Shown in pieces: positions 1-9,361 of a stretch of 53,713 bases of DNA. A model generated the notes under the pieces. The model had not been told where the DNA came from. It saw only the letters and a list, made by a program, of their open reading frames with translations, and made no database searches. Position 1 is the first letter of the stretch. Every line of letters starts with the position of its first letter. Source of the DNA: a virus (taxonomy: Duplodnaviria; Caudoviricetes); the IMG/VR virus record IMGVR_UViG_3300038393_000835, positions 1 through 53,713 of that record, one strand, 5' to 3'. Position numbers and translations under genes: made by a program.

Positions 1-562
1 AACGTTTCTTGGACCATTTCCCTTTTGAGTCTTTGAAACCATGAAGCATCGCTGTTAGGATCTTGTTGTTCTGAGCCTCTTTTGCTTTGAGCCATGCTTT
101 CACTTCCTTCTCAAATCGTGAAGCTGTTGGGTCAATGTACTTATCGGCAATCCGCTTTAGAGCTAAGGAATCCCCACCATCTCTAGTTGATATAGCTTCG
201 AAGGAGAGGCGGGCAAGACACATTGTATCGGCCCAGTTTTGAATAAACAGTGGAAACATATCATCCGTGTTGTTAGCGACCATGTGCATATCGTAAGAAG
301 TATTGTGAGCAAACACCCACTCTACTTGAATTGATAATTTAACGAGTATTCTTATCATATCTTCGGTTGCTTTAAAAACATAAACCACTCCATCCCAACA
401 TACTGCTGCTAGGAATGGCTTATCTTTTTTAATGTGTAAACCCGTAGATTCTGTATCAAAAGTAATCCATCTAGGTTTAGCTAACTTTAACATGTGTTCT
501 ATTTCATATTTATCTGATGTGTACTTTACTTCATAATCTTCTCCCGCAACGGTGAGGATCAT
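1..562 (-). CDS. polA: DNA polymerase I (family A), N-terminal part, second allele, truncated by window edge
   Basis: ATG at 562; manual translation MILTVAGEDYEVKYTSDK...WITFDTESTG...AHNTSYD is collinear with 50372..52519 at offset 51957. Confidence 0.9.
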   Translation of the reverse strand, partial: MILTVAGEDYEVKYTSDKYEIEHMLKLAKPRWITFDTESTGLHIKKDKPFLAAVCWDGVVYVFKATEDMIRILVKLSIQVEWVFAHNTSYDMHMVANNTDDMFPLFIQNWADTMCLARLSFEAISTRDGGDSLALKRIADKYIDPTASRFEKEVKAWLKAKEAQNNKILTAMLHGFKDSKGKWSKKR

Positions 563-1756
563 ATTTTCACTCCCTAGTTGTTATAATTTAGGCCCTTCTT
601 GGCCTAAAGGTATCATCTGTTGTTTCTGATATTCATTTCGGTAAGCTTTCAATGCTTTAGCTAATCGCTGTGTCGGCTGTAGCTTTCCTGCCGATGCCCG
701 AACTAGGGAATGTTGGATGAGTGTCTGAAGCACTCCCTGGAATTGTTCCCGGTCTAGCCCTGACAGCATTTGCAGATCCATAATACTCATGTTTTGACCC
801 TTCGCTAGTTGCTGCATCAACAACCTTTGCGAATTGATCAGACCAACTACCACATTATTCACTTGCGGGTTCGTGTAGTTATAGACTCTTTCCTGCTCTA
901 CGAATTTAGGAAGCTGGAAGATTTCATTATCGTAGCACTCTTTCAGGAACCAAGCAGCCCAATCGACATGTTCTTTCTTCACTAGAATTGATTCCCCTGT
1001 ACCATCGTGGCTGAAGCAGGCTCCCGCACACGCTACAGCGATTCTCGCTAGTTTGATAAAGGCTTCGGTCCCGAATAGCTTCACAGTAGAATGATACTGT
1101 TCGTTTAATTGCTTCGTTACTTGCCATGCGTAAGGCCCCACATTCTCATCAAATTTGACTTGATCTTTGGTTCTACTCCAGCACCAGTAAATCAAGTGAC
1201 GGTAAGCAGCGTTATCTTTTTCCTCATATTCTTCCTGATCGAATGGAGATATGATTTGATCTAACTCTAGATCTGGAAGGATGATAATGAAGTCGAAACG
1301 GGCGATATCTTCATCCATCGAAACCAATTCACGAACAATATCAATCCCATTCGCATAAGAAGCAATCGACTTTTCCGAACCGTCCCTAGGGGCTGGATTG
1401 GCGAACCAAATCATCCTCGTTTTAGCAGGAGCCCTACCGGACCCGGAAATCTTCTCGATCTTCGCTACCATTTCAGATCGAATGGCTGTTAGTTGACCGA
1501 TCATTTCCGGTTTCATCCCGGACATTTCATCCATAATGAGGAGTCCTTTATGGTTCTTCGGAATAATCCCCCATTTAGTACGAAACTGGCCCTTACTATT
1601 CCGATCCGCACCCCCAACCAACCCGGCAACACTCGCTAGTTTGAGGTTCGTTGCGTTTCCAATTCCGTAGAATCGTTGCATGAGCATCGCTGTTTTCGAC
1701 TTTCCTGTTCTAGAAGGCCCAATAACTAGAGGTTCTGGGTAGCCTTTTTCCTCTCT
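1..1756. repeat. Terminal overlap, copy 1 (imperfect direct repeat of 51958..53713)
   Basis: Offset is 51957 at the start, middle and end; first 127 nt identical, then many substitutions. Confidence 0.97.
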
Positions 1757-3433
1757 ACCGTTCACCTTAAAGCCTAAGACGGAGTGATAAAGGACATCTA
1801 CAGCATAAGCAACCATGCGGTGAGAGAAGGCCCCGACAACTTCCTTGGTATGCTCATATCGTTTTTCCATCATCACAAACGGATCGCCTTGGAATATAGA
1901 TAATTCTTTGATGATTTCAGGAGTCATGCGAAACGCATTGATGGAACTATCCGAAGTCTCGGCTCGATCAATGACCATGACCGTTTGCTGATTCTCGGTT
2001 GGATGCGGGTATCGTTTAAAGTAAATGCGATATCGTTCCCCGTCCTGTAGATCCATTCCAATCGTATATCCTACTAGTTCGGCCGGCCGGTAATCGGTCC
2101 ATTCTCCTTCTGATTCTACATCTGGAGAAAAGGCAATCTTATCCACATGCGTGTAATCTAGGATCTTCTGCTCTAGTCCGGGGCATCCTTTCGGAACTCC
2201 GATAAAGGATTTCAACGCATCTTTCTGTTGCTGTCTCGGTACGTCCGCAATTTCAATGAGCTTTGATAAGTTACTGTTATCAAGGAACCATGTTCCCGAA
2301 TCGTTTAGGTTTTTACCGCATAATTGACATGCTTTACTTTCTGGATTCGGTCTTGCACATCTCCAATCAAAAGCGGTTGGAATATCCGTCATCGTTTTAT
2401 CATAACGACCTTCCACAATAACCCGACTGGAGATATATTTATTGTGATACTCGACATGCGGTACTTCCCACAATTGAACTAGAGGATATTCACGGTCTTT
2501 ATCTTCTTGGTAAACATCATCCTGATAAGGTAAAGCTTCCTCTAGTTTTTGGTATAAATCCTTCGATGTGTGGTTATACTTTAGAAAGAAGTCGGTAATG
2601 TCCTTATCGTCTGGTGCTCCGCTAAGTCCCAGATCGACGAGATAGACAGTAGCTCCGGCTTCTTTTAGTTGTAAGGCAACTCTCCTAGCTCCATTTTTTC
2701 CGGCTTTGTCACAATCATAGCAAACGTAAACGGTTTTATCTTTGAATTTTCCTGCGAATAGCTTCGGGAGTCCGGCTCCTTCTCCTCCGGTGTTGGTTAT
2801 AGCGTTGAATCCATGTTGCCTTGCGAGGAGGGCATCATTTTCTCCTGCTACGAATAGAGTGGGATCGTTGCTCTTGGCCCATTGATCGTGGGGAAAGAGT
2901 AGATTAGTCGTACCTTTTTCGGATGTGATCTTTGGTCGATCTTCAGCTTTCCATTCTGGGTTATAGGTGCGTTTATCTAAGAGGAATCCTTCGACGTAGA
3001 TGGGGTATGTAATCCCCGAACCAAAATATCCTAGTTTGTATTCTTTAATTGTTTCTTCTGTCAGTCCCCGTTGTTCGGTGAGAAATTCAAGTAAGTGAGG
3101 TTGATCTTGTAAGTTTTCAACGCAGCGTATCCATTCTTCATCTTCTGATTTACCGTCAAACATCCCTAGATAATGGAGTGCGTCATGGTAGGTAATATTT
3201 TGAACTAGAGAAATGAATTTGACTTCTGACATTCCCCCTTTCGAGAATCGCCCTTCGGCTGCACAAGTCTTACAGTGAAAGACGTTATCCTTGGTATTTA
3301 CATGGGCTGAAGGGCGTTCTTCAAATCCTTTGCTGTGTAAGAACGGGCATAATACGTCAACTTCGCCATTTGGCTTAACTTCAAACCCACCCCGTTCGGA
3401 AAAATATGTCTCAAAATATGCTCCAGATCTCAT
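581..3433 (-). CDS. Primase-helicase: Zn finger + TOPRIM primase + MCM-like AAA+ helicase
   Basis: CPFLH..CKTC Zn finger; TOPRIM AGEND and YDCD; Walker A GPSRTGKS, ASVAGLVGG, Walker B LLIMDE, arginine finger ARFD resemble MCM motifs. Confidence 0.85.
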   Translation of the reverse strand: MRSGAYFETYFSERGGFEVKPNGEVDVLCPFLHSKGFEERPSAHVNTKDNVFHCKTCAAEGRFSKGGMSEVKFISLVQNITYHDALHYLGMFDGKSEDEEWIRCVENLQDQPHLLEFLTEQRGLTEETIKEYKLGYFGSGITYPIYVEGFLLDKRTYNPEWKAEDRPKITSEKGTTNLLFPHDQWAKSNDPTLFVAGENDALLARQHGFNAITNTGGEGAGLPKLFAGKFKDKTVYVCYDCDKAGKNGARRVALQLKEAGATVYLVDLGLSGAPDDKDITDFFLKYNHTSKDLYQKLEEALPYQDDVYQEDKDREYPLVQLWEVPHVEYHNKYISSRVIVEGRYDKTMTDIPTAFDWRCARPNPESKACQLCGKNLNDSGTWFLDNSNLSKLIEIADVPRQQQKDALKSFIGVPKGCPGLEQKILDYTHVDKIAFSPDVESEGEWTDYRPAELVGYTIGMDLQDGERYRIYFKRYPHPTENQQTVMVIDRAETSDSSINAFRMTPEIIKELSIFQGDPFVMMEKRYEHTKEVVGAFSHRMVAYAVDVLYHSVLGFKVNGREEKGYPEPLVIGPSRTGKSKTAMLMQRFYGIGNATNLKLASVAGLVGGADRNSKGQFRTKWGIIPKNHKGLLIMDEMSGMKPEMIGQLTAIRSEMVAKIEKISGSGRAPAKTRMIWFANPAPRDGSEKSIASYANGIDIVRELVSMDEDIARFDFIIILPDLELDQIISPFDQEEYEEKDNAAYRHLIYWCWSRTKDQVKFDENVGPYAWQVTKQLNEQYHSTVKLFGTEAFIKLARIAVACAGACFSHDGTGESILVKKEHVDWAAWFLKECYDNEIFQLPKFVEQERVYNYTNPQVNNVVVGLINSQRLLMQQLAKGQNMSIMDLQMLSGLDREQFQGVLQTLIQHSLVRASAGKLQPTQRLAKALKAYRNEYQKQQMIPLGQEGPKL

Positions 3434-3455
3434 CGGTTTCCCCTTCTTTCTCTAA

Positions 3456-3545
3456 TTCACCCACTTAGGAAGAATCTAACGTTTAGTATTTAAACTAGCA
3501 AAGTACCCGGGTTAATGCACGTTAGATTCTTACTAAAGGGGTGAA
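3456..3545. repeat. 27-bp imperfect inverted repeat (long stem-loop) upstream of the primase gene
   Basis: TTCACCCACTTAGGAAGAATCTAACGT ... ACGTTAGATTCTTACTAAAGGGGTGAA, 3 mismatches, 36-nt loop. Confidence 0.85.
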
Positions 3546-3552
3546 GCACCCT

Positions 3553-4200
3553 TTAATGACTATAAAAAGATTCCCATTTTTTAAATTTATAACTATCGTA
3601 TGTTCCATGAGAATGCTTTTTAATTTTATAATAAACTAGATAAGCGTCTTTCTTTGATAATTGAAAGTATACCGTTTTTGATGTTCCTGTTGAATTATAT
3701 ATTTTGTTAGGTTCTTTATTAATTTGAGAACATATCCAAGTATACACTTCTGAAATTAACGGATATCTTCCAGCTATTGATACCATTCCTTTATAAACGT
3801 TTCCGTCACCGTCGAATAATCCTTTAATAAATGACCATTTATATTCTTCAGGTACGAAACCAAACGGATTTCTTAGATCCTTGTCACCTATAACATTTAT
3901 TCTAGAAAAGAAACTCATAATGTGAGGACTAGAAAGTATTAGATATCCTACAGGTTTTTTTCCCAATCTTCCTTTTGTATCTTTTGTTACGTATACTTCC
4001 TTATCAGCTTCAAAAACATTTCGTGCAGCCTCTAATAAATCCAAATCTGTATTGTAAATCTTAAATTCGTTAGGTCTAGATTTGCTTCCAACACTTCCGT
4101 CTGCGGTTACTAATCCTAAAACCCAAGAATTATTTATAGTCCATTCGTCAAATATCATATGATTCAGGTATAGAGCCAATTTGTTTCTTCCCCTTATCAT
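3553..4200 (-). CDS. Free-standing LAGLIDADG homing endonuclease
   Basis: WVLGLVTADGS and FIKGLFDGDG motifs; ATG at 4200 follows GGAGG (the track's 4209 start lies inside the RBS). Confidence 0.9.
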   Translation of the reverse strand: MIRGRNKLALYLNHMIFDEWTINNSWVLGLVTADGSVGSKSRPNEFKIYNTDLDLLEAARNVFEADKEVYVTKDTKGRLGKKPVGYLILSSPHIMSFFSRINVIGDKDLRNPFGFVPEEYKWSFIKGLFDGDGNVYKGMVSIAGRYPLISEVYTWICSQINKEPNKIYNSTGTSKTVYFQLSKKDAYLVYYKIKKHSHGTYDSYKFKKWESFYSH

Positions 4201-4272
4201 GAAAACCACCTCCTAAGACCTATTTTACCATAAGTCTTAGGGATGGTAAATCATTTTATTAATTTAGGTAGA

Positions 4273-4770
4273 TCAAAAAGGGAGATCATCGTCTGACGGT
4301 ACTCCACCGCCAGTAGGAACTGCAAATGGATCGGCTGTTGGTTGGCCCCCGCTGTAGATATGTTGGCTACCTAGTACGTAATGAACTCGTTCTCTCGTTT
4401 TTGTTTCGCCTTGGTTATTCTCATATTCTTCATGCTTGATTTTAACACGAAGCGGTTTATAAACAATAGCTTTTGCAAAATCTTCAATCGTGGCAAAGTT
4501 TTGCTGACCTGTTAAACCTAAAGCAGCTAGGAAAGACATATTCATTTGTACTGTGTTTGGTGTGAAGTACAACGTATGGAAAATCTTACGCTTCTTACCT
4601 GGTTGGTCTACATCGTCACGTACGGTTAGTTCGGTTGCAATTTGCGGTGTTTTCTTTTGGCTGGATACTCCAGGCTCAACCTTACTAATGATCACTTCAT
4701 ATTCACCGACAGGTAGTGGTTCAAAGCTTCTAGTTTCTACTTGTTTTTCATCAAAGTTAAAGAATGACAT
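4273..4770 (-). CDS. DUF669-type single-stranded DNA-binding protein
   Basis: FEPLPVGEYEV N-terminus, acidic DDDLPF C-terminus, adjacent to Sak4-like ATPase. Confidence 0.85.
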   Translation of the reverse strand: MSFFNFDEKQVETRSFEPLPVGEYEVIISKVEPGVSSQKKTPQIATELTVRDDVDQPGKKRKIFHTLYFTPNTVQMNMSFLAALGLTGQQNFATIEDFAKAIVYKPLRVKIKHEEYENNQGETKTRERVHYVLGSQHIYSGGQPTADPFAVPTGGGVPSDDDLPF

Positions 4771-4800
4771 GGTTTATTCCTCCTAGTTTTGGATGTTCTT

Positions 4801-4830
4801 ATCATATATCAGGTGTTACGTGATAGTCAA
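4801..4830 (-). promoter_or_regulatory. sigmaA-type promoter for the SSB gene
   Basis: TTGACT-18 nt-TATGAT on the minus strand. Confidence 0.65.
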
Positions 4831-4846
4831 TAGGGAGTGAGAAAAA

Positions 4847-5656
4847 TTATTTCCTCACATACCCAAGTTGTTCAAAAATCTCACTCCACACAGGGCTCAC
4901 AATCTTAGCTGGGAGTGGCTCCCGTTTCTTACTTTGGCGTACTTTGGAAGCATAACCCCCGGCTGATTGAGTGAGAACCCCTCTTTCTATTCCTACACGC
5001 TTTCCTTCTTCAAACAACTCACGGTTATACATGTAGAAGAATCCATCGACTATACTCATAACGATATCAGGTGTCTTGGACCCGGATATAGCAACCTTAG
5101 TCTCTAATAATTGCTTCGTAATTTCATCCCGTACTTCCGCAACATGGGAGATCCATAAAACATGAACTGAATTGTCTCCTCTCTTGGTTAGTCCATGGAA
5201 GAATTTTAATACCTTTGTCATTTCAGTTTGCAATGTTCCATAATCCTGGAGCTGTTGCTCTCCGAATTCACCCGTTTTACCTCGACTGCGAGTGGGAGCA
5301 ATGACTTTCACGATCTGCTCTTTAAGCGCATCCTCGAAACGACCTAGGGAATCAATAGCGATCATATCATACCCTGCAAGTTCCCCTAGATGTAATGATT
5401 TCATCACTTCCTGAAAGATGGTGTACTGGGTAACTTCCTTTCCCTGTTCGGCTGTTTGTTCCGCAGCTTCTTTCACAATGTCAATTCGGTCTACATGTTC
5501 CGCTTCGGATAGAACCGCACTCCCTCCTTCAAAATCAATCAGCAGTACCTTTAATTCTGGATCATCTAGGGTACTGGTCTTTCCTGTACCCGGTTTTCCC
5601 ATTAAGATAACGTGCATCGCTTCTGTAATTTCAGCTGGCTTAGTAATTTTAAACAT
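4847..5656 (-). CDS. AAA_24/Sak4-like ATPase (single-strand annealing)
   Basis: GKPGTGKTS, LLIDFEGG, IAIDSL; ATG at 5656 after GGAGG. Confidence 0.8.
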   Translation of the reverse strand: MFKITKPAEITEAMHVILMGKPGTGKTSTLDDPELKVLLIDFEGGSAVLSEAEHVDRIDIVKEAAEQTAEQGKEVTQYTIFQEVMKSLHLGELAGYDMIAIDSLGRFEDALKEQIVKVIAPTRSRGKTGEFGEQQLQDYGTLQTEMTKVLKFFHGLTKRGDNSVHVLWISHVAEVRDEITKQLLETKVAISGSKTPDIVMSIVDGFFYMYNRELFEEGKRVGIERGVLTQSAGGYASKVRQSKKREPLPAKIVSPVWSEIFEQLGYVRK

Positions 5657-6701
5657 TTTCTTTCTCCTCCCTTGTATATAAAGCATCCACTAAAAAGTTT
5701 ACATCACTTCCATCGAATCCGGCTACACAAATATCTTTGTACTGACAATCCCAACTACAGTCATTTGTAATATTCCGGTAAGCAGCTTCCTTCACTCCTC
5801 GTTCTAACCATTTACGTAAGTCTTTCAAATCCATAGCCGTGTAGTAAAATTCTTCAATCGAAGCATCTATCTCCGGTTGAAGTCGGTGTACTTCCACTCG
5901 ACGGAAGAATTCTCTAGGTGTTTGCTTTAAGTAATCGATAATATCTTTATAATCATCTGGAGAAAATCCTAGATCGTCTACAGCTTTCATAAATAAGTTA
6001 TAAGTCGTTTTCTGATTCTTCGCTTTCGATAAGCTACCATCCTTTAAGACTTTTGGAGGTTCTGGGTAATCTTTAAGGATGATATTGTACACAAAGCCGA
6101 CAAGTGGTTTACCGTTAAGACGAGGTTGGAATACTGTTGCTGGATGTTTGTTTCCGTTTTTGTCATATACATAACCCTTTCCATTTTGGATTTGTTGTAA
6201 AGCCCACCAATATCTAGAGATTTGACGGTCCATCACTGAGTTTTTCTCATATTTATCTAAACTAGCGGTTGTTTTGTGGTCCATGAAATAAATCTTACCG
6301 TCTAGTTCGTAAACCAAATCAATTGTACCTGTGAATGTCACATGTTCATCTAAAGGGATCTCAAATCGTAGCTCGGTCGCTAAGACTTTCCAGTTTTGAT
6401 CGTTTTCCCACCAATGATTATAATAATTATCAGCAACAGTTTGAGCCATGAGCCATAAATCGTCTAGTTCTTGTTGATAAATACTTGAAGTATCAGTCTC
6501 ACGGAACATCCTAACCATTTCTTCATTTGCTGTTCCTTGTTGCCCGTTATTGTACAAAACCTCCAAAAACCTGTGAAACAACGTCCCGAAAAACAACTTA
6601 TCATTCTGCTTCTTTGGGATCAGTCCATCATGCCAACGATAAGACCATCTTTTTCTACATCTTAAAAAATCATTAATTTCTGAACCTCTAACCGTTACCA
6701 T
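5649..6701 (-). CDS. PD-(D/E)XK exonuclease (RecB/Cas4-like, probable Fe-S cluster)
   Basis: SEINDFLRC..W, GTIDLV, DHKTT, C-terminal CSWDCQYKDIC. Confidence 0.85.
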   Translation of the reverse strand: MVTVRGSEINDFLRCRKRWSYRWHDGLIPKKQNDKLFFGTLFHRFLEVLYNNGQQGTANEEMVRMFRETDTSSIYQQELDDLWLMAQTVADNYYNHWWENDQNWKVLATELRFEIPLDEHVTFTGTIDLVYELDGKIYFMDHKTTASLDKYEKNSVMDRQISRYWWALQQIQNGKGYVYDKNGNKHPATVFQPRLNGKPLVGFVYNIILKDYPEPPKVLKDGSLSKAKNQKTTYNLFMKAVDDLGFSPDDYKDIIDYLKQTPREFFRRVEVHRLQPEIDASIEEFYYTAMDLKDLRKWLERGVKEAAYRNITNDCSWDCQYKDICVAGFDGSDVNFLVDALYTREEKENV

Positions 6702-7197
6702 TACTTACCTCCCTAAGTTTATTTTCAAACGCTTTATAAGCTTCTTCAGGAGTGTCATACAAACCTAAATAAATTCTTTTATAATTTAATTTAATATGTG
6801 CTTGCCATTTATTTCTTCTACTTTCCCAGCTAACTCCTCTATATCCGCTTTTACTTAATGGATTAGGACCTAAACGATTTAACCCGTTTTCAGACTTTGT
6901 TGCTATTCTTAAATTCATCGATCTTCTATTATCTAACGTGTTATGATTTAAATGGTCAACGTCCTTTGATCTATCATTTATATCCATTAAATATCTATGA
7001 ATATAAATTGCACTTCTTTTACCAGTTTTTCTAGAAGTATGTCCCCACACATATCCTTTAGGATTTACAAACCATGTGAAAGGAAATTGTTTAGTTTTTT
7101 CTAAATCCGAAGTATCAATTAAACATTCATAAGTAATACCTTTTCCTTTTACAAATATCGCAGTAACATTTCCTCTAACTTCATAAGAATTTTTCAT
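6688..7197 (-). CDS. HNH-AP2 homing endonuclease
   Basis: VDHLNHNTLDNRR.NLR plus SGYRGVSW...W.A.I AP2 domain. Confidence 0.9.
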   Translation of the reverse strand: MKNSYEVRGNVTAIFVKGKGITYECLIDTSDLEKTKQFPFTWFVNPKGYVWGHTSRKTGKRSAIYIHRYLMDINDRSKDVDHLNHNTLDNRRSMNLRIATKSENGLNRLGPNPLSKSGYRGVSWESRRNKWQAHIKLNYKRIYLGLYDTPEEAYKAFENKLREVSNGNG

Positions 7198-7253
7198 TTC
7201 GCATCCCCTCCGTTACTTATAGTATACACGTAAGTAACGTAAGTATGCAAGTA

Positions 7254-7403
7254 TTATTTTTCTCCTTTTCTCCACTCTTCTTCAATTAATCTTTCGATAA
7301 CGCTTTTCATTGTACCTCTTTCACGATAAGCAAGTTCTTTTAACTTTTCTTTTATAGAAGCTGGAACATCTACAATTATTTTCTCTACTCCTTCGTTAAT
7401 CAC
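7254..7403 (-). CDS. Small ribbon-helix-helix (CopG/Arc-like) DNA-binding protein, 49 aa; not in ORF track
   Basis: GTG after AAGGAGG; MINEGVEKIIVDVPASIKEKLKELAYRERGTMKSVIERLIEEEWRKGEK. Confidence 0.75.
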   Translation of the reverse strand: MINEGVEKIIVDVPASIKEKLKELAYRERGTMKSVIERLIEEEWRKGEK

Positions 7404-7424
7404 GTTATCAACCTCCTTTCCTTT

Positions 7425-7454
7425 ATAATATCACACATAGCACATGTTATGCAA
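7425..7454 (-). promoter_or_regulatory. sigmaA-type promoter
   Basis: TTGCAT-18 nt-TATTAT with extended -10 TG. Confidence 0.6.
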
Positions 7455-7459
7455 CCTCA

Positions 7460-9085
7460 TTATTTTAGTAATCTTTTTATTGCCTCTCGGCCTCCTTCAT
7501 TAATTACATCGGTCAATGACTTCTTATTCTCTATGATCTTCTGGATCTTTTCGTCCACTGAATCGGAACAGACGAATGATACAATGGTGTGTTTGTGAAT
7601 TCGTGCCTCTGTAGTCGGGGTAATTCGATCTTCGGCCTGCTCCAGCTCTGACGGATTGTATGGATAATCCGTAAAAAGAATGGTTTCCGCACGATCCAGT
7701 GTGAATCCGGTTCCGGCTGATATGATGTTGCATAAGAGGATTCGAGTATCCCCATTTTGAAAAGCCATAGCATTCTTTTCTTTCTCATGATTAGACATCT
7801 TCCCATTGATTTCCCCAACCTTTTCCTCTAGGTTTTGTAATTTCTCTTTTAACATCTCTAGATAACTAGTGAACATCGACATAATGACCACTGGGTCACT
7901 GTTATTCTCCAGGTATTCCAGTAATGCTTCGGTTTTAGCACTTGGAGCCTTTAGTTCTAACAATGTAGGATCTAGACAAATCTGTCGCAGCCTCATGAGC
8001 TGGGAAAGGACTCCTGGTGTATCCACTTCGTTTCCTTCTTCGTCAGAAGCTAGGAAATCATCTTTCATTTGGTTATATAGTTTAAGCTGCTTTCCTTCCA
8101 TCTTACAATGAATGGTGATCCGTTCCTTATCCGGCAACCATTCCATAACCTCTTTTCGCTTCCTCTGGACTGATATAAACCCGATTAATTCCTCTAGTTC
8201 ATCCTTTCGGTGGGGTTTTACTCCTATAATCTCATCGTATCCTGCCCAGTTTTTCCTAGTTTCAATGTATCTGTTAAAGAAGTCCCAATAACTAGAAAAT
8301 TTTTGAGGGTATAGAAAGTGAAGTATGCCCCATATATCCATTGCAGATTTAACCGAAGGGGTCCCCGTTAAAGCATATCTCCTTTCTGCTTTGATTTGGT
8401 AGATGGCTTTTGATTGTGCTGTTTTTGGATTACGTAGGAAATGACATTCATCTACAAAACAAGTATCAAATACCGTTTCCTTAGCTATTTTTATATCTTG
8501 TTTTACTGTATCTTTACTTACGATGTAAACATAAGGAACATCTTGAATGTAAGGATATTTCCATCTAGCCTCTCTTTTTAATGGAGTTCCTTCAATAACA
8601 TGACACATAGCTTCTGGATACCATCTCTCCACTTCTTTTTTCCAGTTGTGAACTAAAGATGCTGGAGCAACTACTAAGTTTCGCTTCGTCCCTAGTTCTT
8701 TCATTAAGATAATACTCGTAGGGGTTTTACCCGTTCGGGGCTCATTAAATATCCCGGCTGCTGGCATTCGCATTAAGTATTCTACATCGGCCCGTTGATA
8801 GCATCGCAATCGATCATCCTTTACAAACTGGGAATCGGTTTGACGTTTTAAATCTAGGAAATTATGACGAGTGGCTGCCATTTGTCGGCCCACATCTAGG
8901 AAATTGGAATCCTGGTTAAGCTCCGGGAAAGCTCTTAGCAGCTCCCGCATGGTAAAAATGTTTCGAGGGAATCGGTAAGCGTCCCTCTTTTTGTTATATA
9001 ATCCATTTAATACATTTTCGGCATAACTTCTATGTTTAGTAGGTAACTGGAGAAAAATATACTCTCCTTCAAATCGTGCAATCAT
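7460..9085 (-). CDS. SNF2-family (SF2) helicase
   Basis: EPRTGKT, DECH, LTGTP, AGTGFTL, QAEDRI motifs. Confidence 0.9.
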   Translation of the reverse strand: MIARFEGEYIFLQLPTKHRSYAENVLNGLYNKKRDAYRFPRNIFTMRELLRAFPELNQDSNFLDVGRQMAATRHNFLDLKRQTDSQFVKDDRLRCYQRADVEYLMRMPAAGIFNEPRTGKTPTSIILMKELGTKRNLVVAPASLVHNWKKEVERWYPEAMCHVIEGTPLKREARWKYPYIQDVPYVYIVSKDTVKQDIKIAKETVFDTCFVDECHFLRNPKTAQSKAIYQIKAERRYALTGTPSVKSAMDIWGILHFLYPQKFSSYWDFFNRYIETRKNWAGYDEIIGVKPHRKDELEELIGFISVQRKRKEVMEWLPDKERITIHCKMEGKQLKLYNQMKDDFLASDEEGNEVDTPGVLSQLMRLRQICLDPTLLELKAPSAKTEALLEYLENNSDPVVIMSMFTSYLEMLKEKLQNLEEKVGEINGKMSNHEKEKNAMAFQNGDTRILLCNIISAGTGFTLDRAETILFTDYPYNPSELEQAEDRITPTTEARIHKHTIVSFVCSDSVDEKIQKIIENKKSLTDVINEGGREAIKRLLK

Positions 9086-9087
9086 AT

Positions 9088-9279
9088 CTACCTCTCAATG
9101 TCTTGATCACGTAATTCAGATGGTATGTGACTTCTAGCTGATTTCAAATCTTCAATAAGCTCCTGGACCTTTGGAGTATAAACATCATTCGGGTTTCTCT
9201 CGATGAAATTCTCTAATCTTTGAATTGACCTTCTTAGTTCAATACTGGTCTTGGCTATAGGGTGTATCATAGGTAACAT
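9088..9279 (-). CDS. Hypothetical protein
   Basis: AGAGG RBS, upstream promoter, abuts the helicase gene. Confidence 0.65.
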   Translation of the reverse strand: MLPMIHPIAKTSIELRRSIQRLENFIERNPNDVYTPKVQELIEDLKSARSHIPSELRDQDIER

Positions 9280-9308
9280 GTTATCAACCTCTTTCGTTTG
9301 TTTTTATT

Positions 9309-9338
9309 AGTATAGCACATTGTACATGACATATGCAA
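9309..9338 (-). promoter_or_regulatory. sigmaA-type promoter
   Basis: TTGCAT-18 nt-TATACT with extended -10 TG. Confidence 0.65.
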
Positions 9339-9361
9339 TCATTTTTATTTAGCAGGATTCC

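Noticed and set aside
128-530. Diversity-generating retroelement TR/VR pair
   Set aside because: No reverse transcriptase gene, and the differences are not adenine-specific
1-1756. True direct terminal repeat or real gene duplication
   Set aside because: Copies are divergent, cut genes mid-way and share exactly 127 identical leading bases, which points to an assembly overlap of variants
3434-4272. Group I intron around the first LAGLIDADG gene
   Set aside because: Both flanking genes look complete and no P/Q/R/S core was found
5649-6701. CRISPR-associated Cas4 or a CRISPR system
   Set aside because: No array or other cas genes; context is a recombination module
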